Below, piece after piece: positions 13,224-27,034 of a DNA stretch of 64,000 bases. Under the pieces are notes generated by a model. The model was not told where the DNA came from and did not search any database. It worked only from the letters and a program-made list of their open reading frames with translations. The DNA lies in assembly GCA_964016885.1 (NCBI GenBank), contig OZ024747.1, positions 44,640,001-44,704,000 on the forward strand, in the 5' to 3' direction. The number at the start of each line of letters is the position of its first letter. Position 1 is the stretch's first letter. The position numbers and the translations under genes are program-made. The stretch is from Eledone cirrhosa. Its lineage: Eukaryota.

Positions 13224-13654
13224 AATAATGAATGAATATTACATAATTTATGTGCTAAATTTCGTGGCTGTTGATTAAATATATTTTATAGCTTATTTAA
13301 AGATCTTTAAAATTCACTTTAAAATTTTCAAATGTCAACACTTCCGGTTAGCAGCCGTTATATTATAACACTTATAATTGCCTATATTTCTGTCGATAAT
13401 TTTCTCCTAATGCAGTTTATATATAATATCATCTTTTTTTAAATGTATCATGGATTACGTTACTGATTACATAAGACAGTGTAACGCAGTCTTCGTTCAA
13501 TTTCTGTGTATATTGTCAATTACGATTTTATTTGATGTATCATATCTACATGTATATATACTTGTGTATAATATCAATATACACACTACACATGCTAGCA
13601 GAAAACCACCCGTAGGGTGGTTTTTCTGCTAGTAAACATAAATATGCTTATCAT

Positions 13655-14092
13655 TGGAGGCACATGGCTTATATGGAGGCACATGGCTTATATGGAGGCA
13701 CATGGCTTATATGGAGGTACATGGCTTATAAGGAGGCACATGGCTTATATGGAGGCACATGGCTTATTGGTTAGAGCATTGGCCTTCCAATCGAAAGGTT
13801 GTGAGTTCAATTCTCAGACCAGGTGATGTGTTGTTTCCTTGAGCAAGACACTTTATTTCACATTGCTCCAGTTTACTCAGCTGTAGAAATGAGATGATAG
13901 GACTGGGGTCCATATCATTCCACTGCAAAGTGGTCGTGGAGGTGCCACGGCAAAAAAGCACCCAGCACTCACTGTAAATGAGGTTGGTGTTAGGAAGGGC
14001 ATCCAGCTGTAGAAATCAAGCCAGAGTCAGTTCCCATCCCACCCTTGCAAGCAGGGAAAAAGCGGACGTAAAAGGAAGATGATGATGATCAT
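13655..14092 (+). mobile_element. tRNA-derived SINE family B with RTE-type tail and a six-fold reiterated 5' 19-mer
   Basis: A box tggcttattgg, B box gagttcaattc, core ccttgagcaagacactt, tail ggaagggcatccagc..ggacgtaaa(gat)n. Confidence 0.85.
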
Positions 14093-14984
14093 TATGCAGG
14101 TATGCACACGTGTCAATGGCTATAAATGTATATGTATATGGTTGTATGTGTATATAAACATAAATATGCTTATGATTGTGCAGGTATACACATGTGCCAA
14201 TGGCTATAGTGTGTGTGTACATAAACATAGATATGCTTATGATAGTGCAGATTTGCACACGTACCAATTACTATAATGTGTGTGTATATAAATATAAAGA
14301 CGCTTATGATTGTGCAGGTTTGAACATGTGTCAATGGCTATAATATGTGTGTATGTGTATGGATATGTATATAAACAAGAGTGGACAGATATATGAGTGC
14401 CTGAACAATGGAATGGACCTCCAATAGTTTCAACAGTGTTTCAGTTGTTCAATAAACAGAGCAACCTACTAATAAAATTAACATCTAAGTGACTGCACAT
14501 TACACGGACACCTGTACTTTTAACACAATCCTCAGGAAGATCCAGCATGACACTGAGCGACAAGGCCATCTTTTGAATAATAGGTGCAGTGCATCTGAAG
14601 GGATTCCAAATATATTCCAGCTAACCAATTTCGCTTACACAGCATGGGTTGACCTGGGGGCTATGGTAAATGAAACTTGTCCAAAATTCCACACAAAGGG
14701 ACCTATGTGAACATGCATGCACATAGAAGTGTGTGTGTGGATGAGTGTGAATATATAGCCATACAAGCAAACAACTAATAAAAAGTGAGGAGAGCAGTAA
14801 ATCAGACACTCTGGTGTGAGTGTAGTCCTGCAGCCCTTTCATAATGAGTCAAAAGAGTATCACTAGATACTATAAATAGTAAAGAAAATTAAATTACTTT
14901 ATGGTCAAGCTATATATGTTTTCCCATAATAGTGACTAGTATAGGATGTTGGTAGGGCATACATCATTATTATACGTCCACTTT

Positions 14985-15280
14985 GGTGGATTGGCAGTAT
15001 CGGTAGAGGGTCGGATGCCATGCTTTCCAGCATAGTTACGTCCCTTTACGATCTGAGTTCAAATCCCGCCGAGGTTGACTTTGCCTTTCATCCTTACGGG
15101 GTCGATAAAATAAAGTACCAGTAACGCACTGGGTAATTGCTGGCCTTGTGCCTAAAGTAGAAACAATTATTATACGTCTACTTTGGTTAACTTTGCCTTT
15201 CATCCTTACGGGGTCGATAAAATAAAGTACCAGTAATGTACTGGGTAATTGCTGGCCTTGTGCCTAAAGTAGAAACAATT
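14985..15280 (+). mobile_element. SINE family A full copy plus a 5'-truncated copy, with the target sequence present three times
   Basis: attattatacgtc(c/t)acttt occurs at 14966, 15166 and 15278. Confidence 0.85.
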
Positions 15281-16615
15281 ATTATACGTCCACTTTCCAC
15301 TCTAACATGGGTTGGATGAATTGTCATGGTCCATGACCAAATTGGCCTTACACATTTCATATTTGACATCATTCCTATGGCCTGATGCTCTTGTTAATGG
15401 GTATTTGAGGTGCATTTTTCATAGCACTATCACTTACCACCTCACAGAGTGTGCTGTGTGTGGTTTTTTCATAGCACCAACACAAACTCTTTACAGAATG
15501 TACTAGGTGCATTATATTTTGGTACTAGCATTTGAGACAGTATTACATTCTCATCCAGACTGAAGACCCTATATTGTATCTGTTTCATCACCAACACTGC
15601 ATCTTCTGGCTACTCGCTACAGTTTTTTAGTTACAGTGCTTGTACAATGGGTGGGTTTTTAGTATTATGGCATATCACCGGTCAACTCAGTCCTGTCTCA
15701 TTTTCTTTGTGAGATTCAGTTTCTTGAGATCATTCTACACATATTTTAATCAAGTTTTAAATCCCTGATTATGAATTGCTACAAAAAGAATAAGTAAAAT
15801 AGATCTCCATCATCATCATCACTTAACATCCATTCTCTCTGCTAGCAAGGGTTGAACAGGTCATCACAGACCAAGTCTGTACTCAATCAGAGCCACTGAT
15901 TACACAATCTACAGAGTGGACCATGTATTTTATGATGGCACCAGCACTAACGGACATTCTGTCTTTAAAACAACTGAAGAGTTCTCCCCTCTACCTTTTG
16001 TTGGTTAGTTTTGTTTTCTATAGCTGAATGATCTTCTTATTATGAACCACTTTACAGGGTTTACTGGGTGCATTTTATCATGTCACCAACATTAGAGAGC
16101 TTACCATGCCTTTGACACAAATGAGGAATCCTCTTGACCCCTTTTTTTGTATGGCTTCTACAGTTTTAACAATCAACTGAACTACCTACTCATTGAATTA
16201 GCATCTGGGTGGCTGAGTATTCCACAGACACACGTACCTTCTCTCTAATCCTTCAACAGAATCAATGTGATAAGGTGCTTCACCAAACTGGACCTTTGAA
16301 CAGGACCAGATTTAGATTGGGGGGGGGGGGAACAGGTAAGGTTTGGTGGGCTCCTCATATAACAACACACACACATATATATTATATATCATCATCATCA
16401 TCATCATCAACGTTTAACGTCCGTGTTCCACGCTTGCATGGGTTTGGACGGGGGTAGTCCCACTTGAGGCAAGAGTGATTGTCTTGCTCGCATAGGACTG
16501 TCTGGCAGGTTTTCCACAGTTGGATGCCCTTCCTAACACCAACCACATTTACAGTGTGGGTCTGGGAGGTTTTTACCGTGTTGCCTACACGGCCACATAT
16601 ACACATACATAAGCA

Positions 16616-16693
<78 letters not shown>

Positions 16694-17126
16694 ACAGGGC
16701 TATGTTCAGAGAGAGGGGAGGGGCCCTATTTAAAGAAGAGGGTCCTGGGAATTCGCTCCCACTGCCCTCTGGTAAATATGGCCCTGCTTTGAATCTGATA
16801 CAATATATCTAACAGGCTTCCTCAGTTTCCATCAACTCGCAAGACATAAGCCAAACCAAGATGTCTGGCAATAGGCTTAAAGTTGGAGCCTTGTAGTTAA
16901 GAAGAGAATTTTTTAATCATTCAACCAAGAATTAATAATAGATTTGTTAAATTACATATCAAATATATATAATTAAGGCTGATATCCCAAAGGGATCGGG
17001 AAATAACCACAGTTAAGTAAGGTACTCAGTACGTTAGTAGAAATAAGCATATTTATTTCTATAGAAATGACTTCTAGTCATGTAGAAGTTATTTCTACAT
17101 AACATATATATATATTTATATATACT

Positions 17127-17178
<52 letters not shown>

Positions 17179-17180
<2 letters not shown>

Positions 17181-17527
17181 GAGGCAGATGGCTTAGTGGT
17201 TAGAGCATTGGCCTTGCAATCAAAAGATTGTGAGTTCAATTCTCAGACCAGGCGATGTGTTGTTTCCTTGAGCAAGACACTTTATTTCACATTGCTCCAG
17301 TTTACTCAGCTGTAGAAATGAGATGATAGGGACTGGGGTCCATATCATTCCACTGTAAAGTGGTCGTGTAGGTGCCACGGCAAAAAAGCACCCAGCACTC
17401 ACTGTAAATGAGGTTGGTGTTAGGAAGGGCATCCAGCTGTAGAAATCAAGCCAGAATCAGTTCCCGTCCCACCCTTGCAAGCAGGGAAAAGCGGACGTAA
17501 AATGAAATGATGATGATGATGATGATG
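17179..17527 (+). mobile_element. SINE family B
   Basis: Near-identical to 13750-14090 and ends in (GAT)n. Confidence 0.9.
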
Positions 17528-19739
17528 ACACCTCTATATCATATCTACTGACATACATATATATTTAATATCTATATATAGTTCAAGGAGACAAAGAGAG
17601 GTACAAGAAGACTTATTGGATTCCTGCTTTATATTGAAAAGAGGAAAGAAAATTTGACATGTCAGGCTTAAGCCCTTCTTCAGGAGTACAAAATAGAGAC
17701 AGGATCACAAAGGAAAACAGAAAAAAGGTCCAAGTAAAGAAAAAAATGAAGAGTGAAAACAAGACAAACCATTAGGTATTCTTGGTAAAGAGTTGGAACG
17801 CAAAGTGGAGTGTGTATGTATTAATGTTGTTATATGTGTGAGTGTAAGTATATGTTTAAATGTGTGTGATTTTTAAATTGGTCCTTCATCATCATTTAAC
17901 ATCTATTTTCCATGCTTGCATGGCTTAGATGGGCAGTCACACTATGGAGGTTAGACAGGTGAAATAACGTCATGCCAATATGATCCATTTTATGCATGTT
18001 TTTCTATGACTGGATGCCCTTCCTAATTCCAAACACATTTCTGGGAACTTTTTTTCATACTGGGAGCTTTTTTTTTTTTGGCACCAACAATACTAGTGTG
18101 AAGAGGGTGCTTTTTGTTGCGACACTAGTACAATCACCTTAAAGGTGGGCTAGGTGCTCTCTGTCATAACACCAGACAACCACCTTATAGGATGGACTGA
18201 GTGTTTTTTGTTTGTTTTTTTGTGGCACCTACACAACTACTTTACTAGGTGGACTGGATGCCTGTTTCTATGGCTCCAGTATGACCCCCTCATATAAATA
18301 TATATATATATATATACATGCTCTCACACACACACACACACACACGCATGCAAATAGTGACCCTTAACACTGGTCTAGTATCAAGCAGGAAAAACAGAGG
18401 AACTTTGACCCCACCACACATTTAAAAAGATATTGCTACTATATTGTAACCCTTAGGAGATCCACATCAAACGTCTTAATCGGTGGAGCATCAGACAGGT
18501 TTATTCTGATGTGTTCTATATTTATCTAAAAAAAACTTTCTATCACAATTTTATATAAATTCCTTTAAGTCATGTTCCAAACTCCAGCTTAATGAGAAAG
18601 TTAGACATTCATAATTATTTTCATATTTATTTGAAAATAAAAGAGTGTCTTTCATTAGAAATATTGTAACTAAAAGGTTAAGTGTTTATATTTATCTGAA
18701 AACCTTCAATTATAATTTTATGTAGGAACCTTTGCTAGGTTATGCTCCAAACACAAACTTAACAATGTGAAAGTTAGTTATAATGCAAAATCCGTTCTAA
18801 TTCTTAATCGTTTTCAAAATTATTTGAATATCATAGGCAGTTTTAGAAATATAGTAAGAAAAGGGTTAAATGACTGTGGATAGGACTAAAATTAATACAC
18901 GCTATATGGTGCGCTGGAGTTTCCCTCTAATCATTTTTTTCTTTCAGCCAAACTAATACACTTACAGCACTAGTGGGTGATAGTGAGGCTAAGACGCTGG
19001 AATAACCAAGTCAACCTTCTTACGGGCACCCCTGATATATCAGCAAGACTTGTTTCAGAAATTATTAGAGGGAAACTCAAGCATTCGTTGTTGTGGCATG
19101 TAATTGAGTGAGCGTGTTCTCACCTTTTTTTTTTTCTCCCTTTTGTTTTTATATAAATCGCGTTTATTTGTATGAATAGTTAATAATTTAAGAGAAATAA
19201 ACCGAGATTTGGAGCTCAAGGGTCTTCATAACATCAAGTAAAAAAAAAAAAAAAAGGAAAACTATAAGTAATAAAAAAACACAAGAGATTGGGGTAGTTG
19301 TAGTGGTGATGGTAGTGAACACAATGTTGCTGGAAAGCTTTTAAAGCGTAGGCACTGACAAACCATGTGTCATCAGATGTTATAGTAAAACCAATAATAT
19401 GGAGTCTCAATGGTGGTGGCGTTGGTGGTACTGCTACTAGCATGTGTTTAGCCATTTACTACAGACACCAGTTCGTTCGGCTTCTATGTAATTATAGTCA
19501 TATAAATGTTTGGTTTACCGATAACTGAATGTCTAATTGAAATTTTAATCTTAAGATAAGATACTCTCCAAATGTGTTTTAGAGAGGGAGGGGTGGGGGG
19601 TATTTTTGTTTAGTTTTTGTTTATATTTGTTATACAAAGAAACGCGATTTTCCGTTAAAACACACACACACACACACACACACGAATACACACATCACAC
19701 GCATGCATGCCTATATATAACTGGGAAACGATAGCACGT

Positions 19740-19899
19740 GAGGGAAACTCCAAGGGTATGAGACTACTGGATCAGCTGATTAATTCTCCCCCCACACACA
19801 CACACTCTCTCTCTCTCTATATATATATGTAATATATAAATGTATACACACTTTAACACCATTCTAATCAAAGTATGTATGCATATTTTTGGGACACCC

Positions 19900-19943
<44 letters not shown>

Positions 19944-20083
19944 GGGTGTCCCAAAAATATGTATACACACCTTGATTAGAATGCTGTTAAAGTGTGTATA
20001 CATTTTGTGGGGCTTCCTATATATATATACAGAGAGAGAGATAATCAGCTGATTCAGTAGTCTGATACCGCTGGAGTTTCCCT
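19740..20083. repeat. inverted duplication centred on (TA)n, containing two mariner-like mini-MITEs
   Basis: 19740-19782 is the reverse complement of 20043-20083, and 19838-19901 is the reverse complement of about 19940-20003 (cagggtgtcccaaaaa TIR). Confidence 0.8.
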
Positions 20084-20097
20084 TTTCCCTTATATAT

Positions 20098-20437
20098 ATC
20101 ATCATCATCATCATTTTACGTCCGCTTTTCCCTTCTTGCAAGGGTGGGACGGGAACTGATTCTGGCTTGATTTCTACAGCTGGATGCCCTTCCTAACACC
20201 AATCTCATTTACAGTGAGTGCTGGGTGCTTTTTTGCCGTGGCACCTACACGACCACTTTGCAGTGGAATGATATGGACCCCAGTCCCTATCATCTCATTT
20301 CTACAGCTGAGTAAACTGGAGCAATGTGAAATAAAGTGTCTTGCTCAAGGAAACAACACATCACCCGCTCTGAGAATTGAACTCACAACCTCTCGATTGC
20401 AAGGCCAATGCTCTAACCACAAAGCCATGTGCCTCCA
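20098..20437 (-). mobile_element. SINE family B
   Basis: Reverse complement of 17179-17527. Confidence 0.9.
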
Positions 20438-20565
20438 TATATATATGTGTATGTATATATATATATGTATATATGTATATGTATGTAAATATGTATATGT
20501 ATATATATGTAAATATGTATATGTATATATATGTAAATATGTATATGTATATATGTATATATATG

Positions 20566-20646
<81 letters not shown>

Positions 20647-20724
20647 ATATATACATATAAATAATATGTATATATATATATATATTATTTATGTGTATAT
20701 ATATATATATATATTATTTATATG

Positions 20725-20756
<32 letters not shown>

Positions 20757-21163
20757 TATAACGAAACCTACAGTCAGGAGGCACCTCTTAACCAAATGTA
20801 CACCGCCAACCCACTACCCCCCACACCCGCCAACACCACCCTTTCTCTGTAAAGTTATGTTGGCACCACAACATCCAGTCCAAAACAAATGAGGTCGTGT
20901 AGGTGTCACGACAAAAAAAAAAACACAGCCCACACTGTAATGTGGCCGTGTAGGTAACACGGTAAAAACCTCCCAGTCCCACACTGTAAATGTGGTTGGT
21001 GTTAGGAAGGGCATCCAGCCGTAGAAAACCTGCCAGACACTCCTATGCGAGCGAGACACGGTCACCCGACCAACCTTGCCTCAAATTGGGACAATTCCCG
21101 TCTAAACCCATGCTAGCTTGGAAGATAGACGTTAAACGATGATGATGATGATATGTATGTATG

Positions 21164-21250
<87 letters not shown>

Positions 21251-21253
21251 ATG

Positions 21254-21292
<39 letters not shown>

Positions 21293-21358
21293 CATCATTA
21301 TCATCGTTTAACGTCTATCTTCCACGCTAGCATGAGTTTGATGATGATGATGATGATG

Positions 21359-21431
<73 letters not shown>

Positions 21432-22178
21432 TGTGTGTGTGTGAGTATGAGAACCCTCGAATAAGTCTGTGCGAGGTCCCTCGGCGAACTACTAGTTATA
21501 GTAGCAGGCATTTCTCGAATCACTTTAATACCGATATAAAAAGGGAAGGACACATTAGATATGTTCTGGTTATACAAAAACACGTGACGATCACTTTTGG
21601 TCACAGGTGTAAGATAAGGGGCTGATGCGGGAGTGGATAACAAGAATAAAATACAGGAACCAGGTCGAAAACCTAGGATACCGGTAAAATTACCTTGACA
21701 CATTTAATACAACGTTGGCGATGATAATGATGATGGTAACGATGTATTCTATATCTACACAAAAATGTCCAATTAACCAGAAACAGTAGATAATAAGGAA
21801 GAGTTAATTTCCTCTATATATTAATAAAATTTATCAGAAACGATATTTGAGAAGTTGAAGTGTTCATAACGTTTATAAAGAGCATTTAAAAAACACAACT
21901 TAAAAAGTGAGTTAAAATGACTTGAGTTTAAGAGAAGAATCGAAACTGGGCTGTCACAGGATTAGCTTCCACAAACTTCTACGGTTTATATGAAACGGGA
22001 TTTTAGAATATACCATTGTAATAAATAAATAAAGACTACTATTAAATGAATGAGCACTTGATACGCGTAAGCAGAGTGTATATAATTCATTTTCTGCAGA
22101 GGAAATTGACAGTGATTTCGAAGTTTCAGCATTATTAAATGATAAATATATATATATGTGTGTGTATCTATATATACA

Positions 22179-22230
<52 letters not shown>

Positions 22231-22235
22231 AACAC

Positions 22236-22267
<32 letters not shown>

Positions 22268-22562
22268 ATACACAGATATATACACATACGTATATATATA
22301 TGTATATATACTTATAGATATATATATACTTATAGATATATATATATATGTATATATACTTATAGATATATATATACTTATAGATATATATATATATGTC
22401 TATATACTTATAGATATATATATACTTATAGATATATATATATATGTCTATATACTTATAGATATATATATACTTATAGATATATATATATATATGTATA
22501 TATACTTATAGATATATATATATATATGTATATATACTTATAGATATATATATGTATATATA

Positions 22563-22639
<77 letters not shown>

Positions 22640-22851
22640 GTATGTATATATATATATATATATATACATATAGATATAGATATAGATATAGATATACATC
22701 TATATATATATGAGATTGAAACAGTATATATATATATATATATATATATAGGAGGTGAGTTTTATTGTAGTACAATAAAGCAATGCAGATATGTTGATTT
22801 AAAACTGCACTATCCACAAGTGTTTTTTAGCCTTCATATCATGTCCTCCTG

Positions 22852-22918
22852 TTTTATCTGATGAAAACACAAATATTATTGCATGATGATGTTTGTTTTT
22901 GAAATGCGCATAATAAAA
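22852..22918 (+). ncRNA. minimal type I hammerhead ribozyme, canonical core
   Basis: ttttat-CTGATGA-aaacacaaatattattgcatgatgatgtttgttttt-GAAA-tgcgca-TA-ataaaa. Helix I is 6 bp, helix II is long, and helix III is palindromic. Confidence 0.85.
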
Positions 22919-22950
22919 TACATGGAACTCCTTTAACCATCTTTTGATCT

Positions 22951-22991
<41 letters not shown>

Positions 22992-23380
22992 GTTATATAT
23001 ATATATAGATCTATGTATATATGTCTGTGTATATATATATATGTATATATACTAATAGATATATGTATATATATATATATATGTGTATATATATATATAT
23101 ATATACTTATAGATATATATAGATATATGTATATATATATTATGACTTATAGATATATTATGACTTATAGATATATATAAATTTTATATATAAATATATA
23201 TATTTATATATACAGAGAGAGAGAGTTGAATATAGAGATACATATATTTAGTATATAATATAAATTTTATAATCCTAAGACCGTTATTCAAACCTTGCAT
23301 TGGATATATATTATATATAATGTATATATACTACATATAATATATATTTATATTATACTTATTCGTACTATCTGTGTGTG

Positions 23381-23429
<49 letters not shown>

Positions 23430-23473
23430 ATATGTATTTATATATATATATCATTATCATCATCATATATATT

Positions 23474-23504
<31 letters not shown>

Positions 23505-24319
23505 GCATATATATATGCAAATATATGCATATATATATATATGCATATACATATATACACATACATATACACACATACATATACATATATACACATACGT
23601 ATCCACACATACATGTACACACATACATAAACATATATATAATATATATATCCATATATATATATATATAGATACATACATATATGTATATATATAAATA
23701 CATATATACACACATATATATATATACATCATCATCATCACCGTTTTACGTCCATTTTTCCATGCTAGCATGGGTTGGACGGCTTGTCCTGTCGTGGGCT
23801 ATGCCAGATTGTAAGAACGTGTCTTGCTATTACAGAACTGATTTTAGCTTGATTTCTGCAGCTGGATACCCTTCCTAACACAATATATATATAACACAAT
23901 ATATATATATATATATGTGTGTATATATATATATATATATTATAAACACATAAAGAGAGAGAGAGATACATATATGTATATGGATATATATATATATATA
24001 AATTTTTTTTTTTATGACCATGCTGTAACATGGATGGGTAGAGAGGGCCCTTGAGTCTAGTAAGACTTACTCTCTAATGCTGGTGGCACAAATAAAAGCA
24101 CCCAGTCCATGCTGTAAAGTGGCGCTGGTGTTAGGAAGGGCATCCAACCAGTGTATCAATGCCAAAACGATTATTAGCACAGCAACAAGTATATAGGAAC
24201 AACAAAATATGAACGTCCCACCATTGCAAGCAGGGAAAAGCGGACATAAAATGATGATGATGATGATATATAGATGCTATATATATATATATATATATAT
24301 ATATGGATACATATATATG

Positions 24320-24351
<32 letters not shown>

Positions 24352-24597
24352 TATACACATACATATATATACACATACATATATATACACATACATATAT
24401 ATACACATACATATGTTTATATACATATATATATATACATATACACATATATATATACATATACATATACTCTACACATACATATATACATATATATATG
24501 TATATAGATATACTCTACATATACACACATATATATATATACATAAATATATATATACATATACACATACATACATATACATATATATATACATATA

Positions 24598-24860
24598 GAA
24601 AGGAATAAGAGGGATCAGATGCTGTTTACTTGAGAGAAGACTATGTTGGTATGGTCACGTGATGCGCATAAAAGACGACAGCTGCAGAAAAAAGTGCAGG
24701 GCGATCAAAGTTGATGGTAGTTACGGAGTAGGTAGACCCAGAAAAACCTGGGATGTTCTGATAAATTCTGACCTCACACACTTATAATCTCTCTAAGACA
24801 ATGTCTCTGGACCGAAATCGTTGGCGCTACGCAGTAATACAGAAGACCCACCTTGCAAAA
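24598..24860 (+). pseudogene. RTE-clade LINE 3' fragment
   Basis: Translates RRLCWYGHVMR...VDGSYGVGRPRKTW, the RTE ORF C-terminal motifs, with stops further downstream. Confidence 0.75.
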
Positions 24861-25621
24861 CCTACAGTCAGTAGGCACCTCTTAACCAAATATACACCCC
24901 AATCCACTACCCCTACTCTATCCTCCCACTCCCACCAACAGCACGAGAAAAATGAGATCGAGATCGTGTGGGTGTCACGAGAAAAAAAAAACACACAGTT
25001 TACGCTGTGATGTGGCCGTGTAGGTAACACGGTAAAAAGTTCCCAGTCCACACTGTAAATGTGGTTAGTGTTAGGAAGGGCATCCAGCCGTAGAAAATCT
25101 GCCAGATAGTCCTATATGAGCGAGACATGGTCACCCGACCAGCCTTGCCTCAAGTGGGACAACTCCCGTCTAACCCATGCTAGCGTGGAAAATGGACGTT
25201 AAACGAAGATGATAATGATGATGATGATACATACATATACATATATATACATATATATATAGATACAAACATATACATATATATACACATATGAATACAT
25301 ATATATATATAGATACAAACATATACATATATATACATATATATATATACATATATACATACACATACATATATATATATACACATACATATATATATAT
25401 ATATACACATATATACACATATATATATATATATATATATACACATACATATATATACATATACATATATTTAGATATACATATATAGATATATATATAC
25501 ACGGTGGAGAGATGGCGTGTTGAATAAGACCTGTCCCACTATTGCCATCAGGGAAAAGCGACGTAAAATAATGATGATGATATACATATATATATGTATA
25601 TATATATATATATATATTATA

Positions 25622-25662
<41 letters not shown>

Positions 25663-25743
25663 TATACATATACACCTATACATGCATATATACATATACA
25701 TATATATATACATCTACACATATACATACATATATATACATAT

Positions 25744-26076
25744 GGTGGCTGCCAACTCGTTTTCGAGTATGGCCACTACTTTATATCCATGTAGGAGAAC
25801 CCCTACCGATGCGCTGAACGAGTGTGACTTTTTAGTCCATCCAGCCACTTGAAAACTCTGGTACAAACACTACACTTGTGACAATTATTGACACATAGTG
25901 CTGGGCCCATGGAACCATGTGACGACAAGTGCAGAGAGATCTCCAGATATAAAGCAATGCCTGTGCCGTGAAGCTTTTATAGTGAGCAAAGGCACTGCAC
26001 AAAGCCAGTCCCACTCTCTTAACCAAGATGATATTTACCAAAAAGAAGAACAAGTCAACATCATTGGATACCATCA
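25744..26076 (-). mobile_element. RTE-derived non-autonomous element, 3' part
   Basis: Reverse complement of 39680-40010, flanked by (TA)n. Confidence 0.75.
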
Positions 26077-26358
26077 TATATATACATATATATACACAGA
26101 AAAAATGAAACGAAATTTCATTTCCCACTCTTAGTACGGCTGTTACTTAAATATAAGTATGTACACGTACATACATATATGTATACAGACGTACAGTAGT
26201 ATGTATATATATATACATACATGCACATATATATATATGTACGTATGGATTCACCGAACATTTATTATAATGCTCGGTGTGTTTGTAAACAAACATCCCG
26301 TATTAAGCCATAGTGTCCAGCAACCATCGTTGCTCGTTTGTTCAACACTGACAAAGGA

Positions 26359-26401
26359 ACGCTGTACTAGTTTCAAGCTTATTAGCTATCGTCAGCCACG
26401 T
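26359..26401 (-). ncRNA. minimal hammerhead ribozyme motif, CUGACGA core
   Basis: acgtgg-CTGACGA-tagct aata agctt-GAAA-ctag-TA-cagcgt. Helix I is imperfect. Confidence 0.6.
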
Positions 26402-26581
26402 ATAACTTCCTGCCAGATTGTTTAACGTATATACTTACCTTATGCACATTAACGGCTGAGTAGCCCAATTTGCATATCGAGTGGGTTAATCGGCCGGGTG
26501 CACCGAAAAGGATAAATGGAAAAAAAACGAAATTTCATTTCCCACTCTTAGTACGGCTGTTACTTAAATATAAGTATGTAC

Positions 26582-26744
26582 ATGCTTCACGGCACATGCA
26601 TTGCTTTATATCTGGAGATCTCTCTGCACTTGTTGTCACATGGTTCCATGGTCCCAGCACTATGTGCCAATAATTGTCACAAATGTAGTGTTTGTACCAG
26701 AGTTTTCAAGTCGCTGGCTGGACTAAAAAGTCACACTCGTTCAC
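26582..26744 (+). mobile_element. RTE-derived fragment with a C2H2-like remnant
   Basis: Inverted copy of 25815-25975 that translates [21 protein letters not shown], resembling the RTE C-terminal zinc finger. Confidence 0.65.
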
Positions 26745-27034
26745 ATGTATACATATATATATACATATACATATATATATACATATATATATACATATAC
26801 ATATATATATACATATATATATACATATATATATATATACATATATATATATACATATATATATATATACATATATATATATACATATATATATATACAT
26901 ATATATATATACATATATATATATACATATATATATATATACATATATAACTTTGAATAACTTTGAAATGTTTTGGCCAGTATTGGCCCAGGCCATGTCT
27001 AACTTAATAGCACCACCTGGCGAAGTCTTTCAAT

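Noticed and set aside
17652-17690. Minus-strand CTGAAGA-agggcttaagcct-GA-catg-TC hammerhead-like remnant after a pyrimidine-rich tract
   Set aside because: GAAA is incomplete and helix I does not pair. It is probably a dead relic and was not counted.
26620-26745. C2H2 zinc finger as a host ZNF exon
   Set aside because: It is part of a repeat present three times in the window and resembles an RTE LINE C-terminus.
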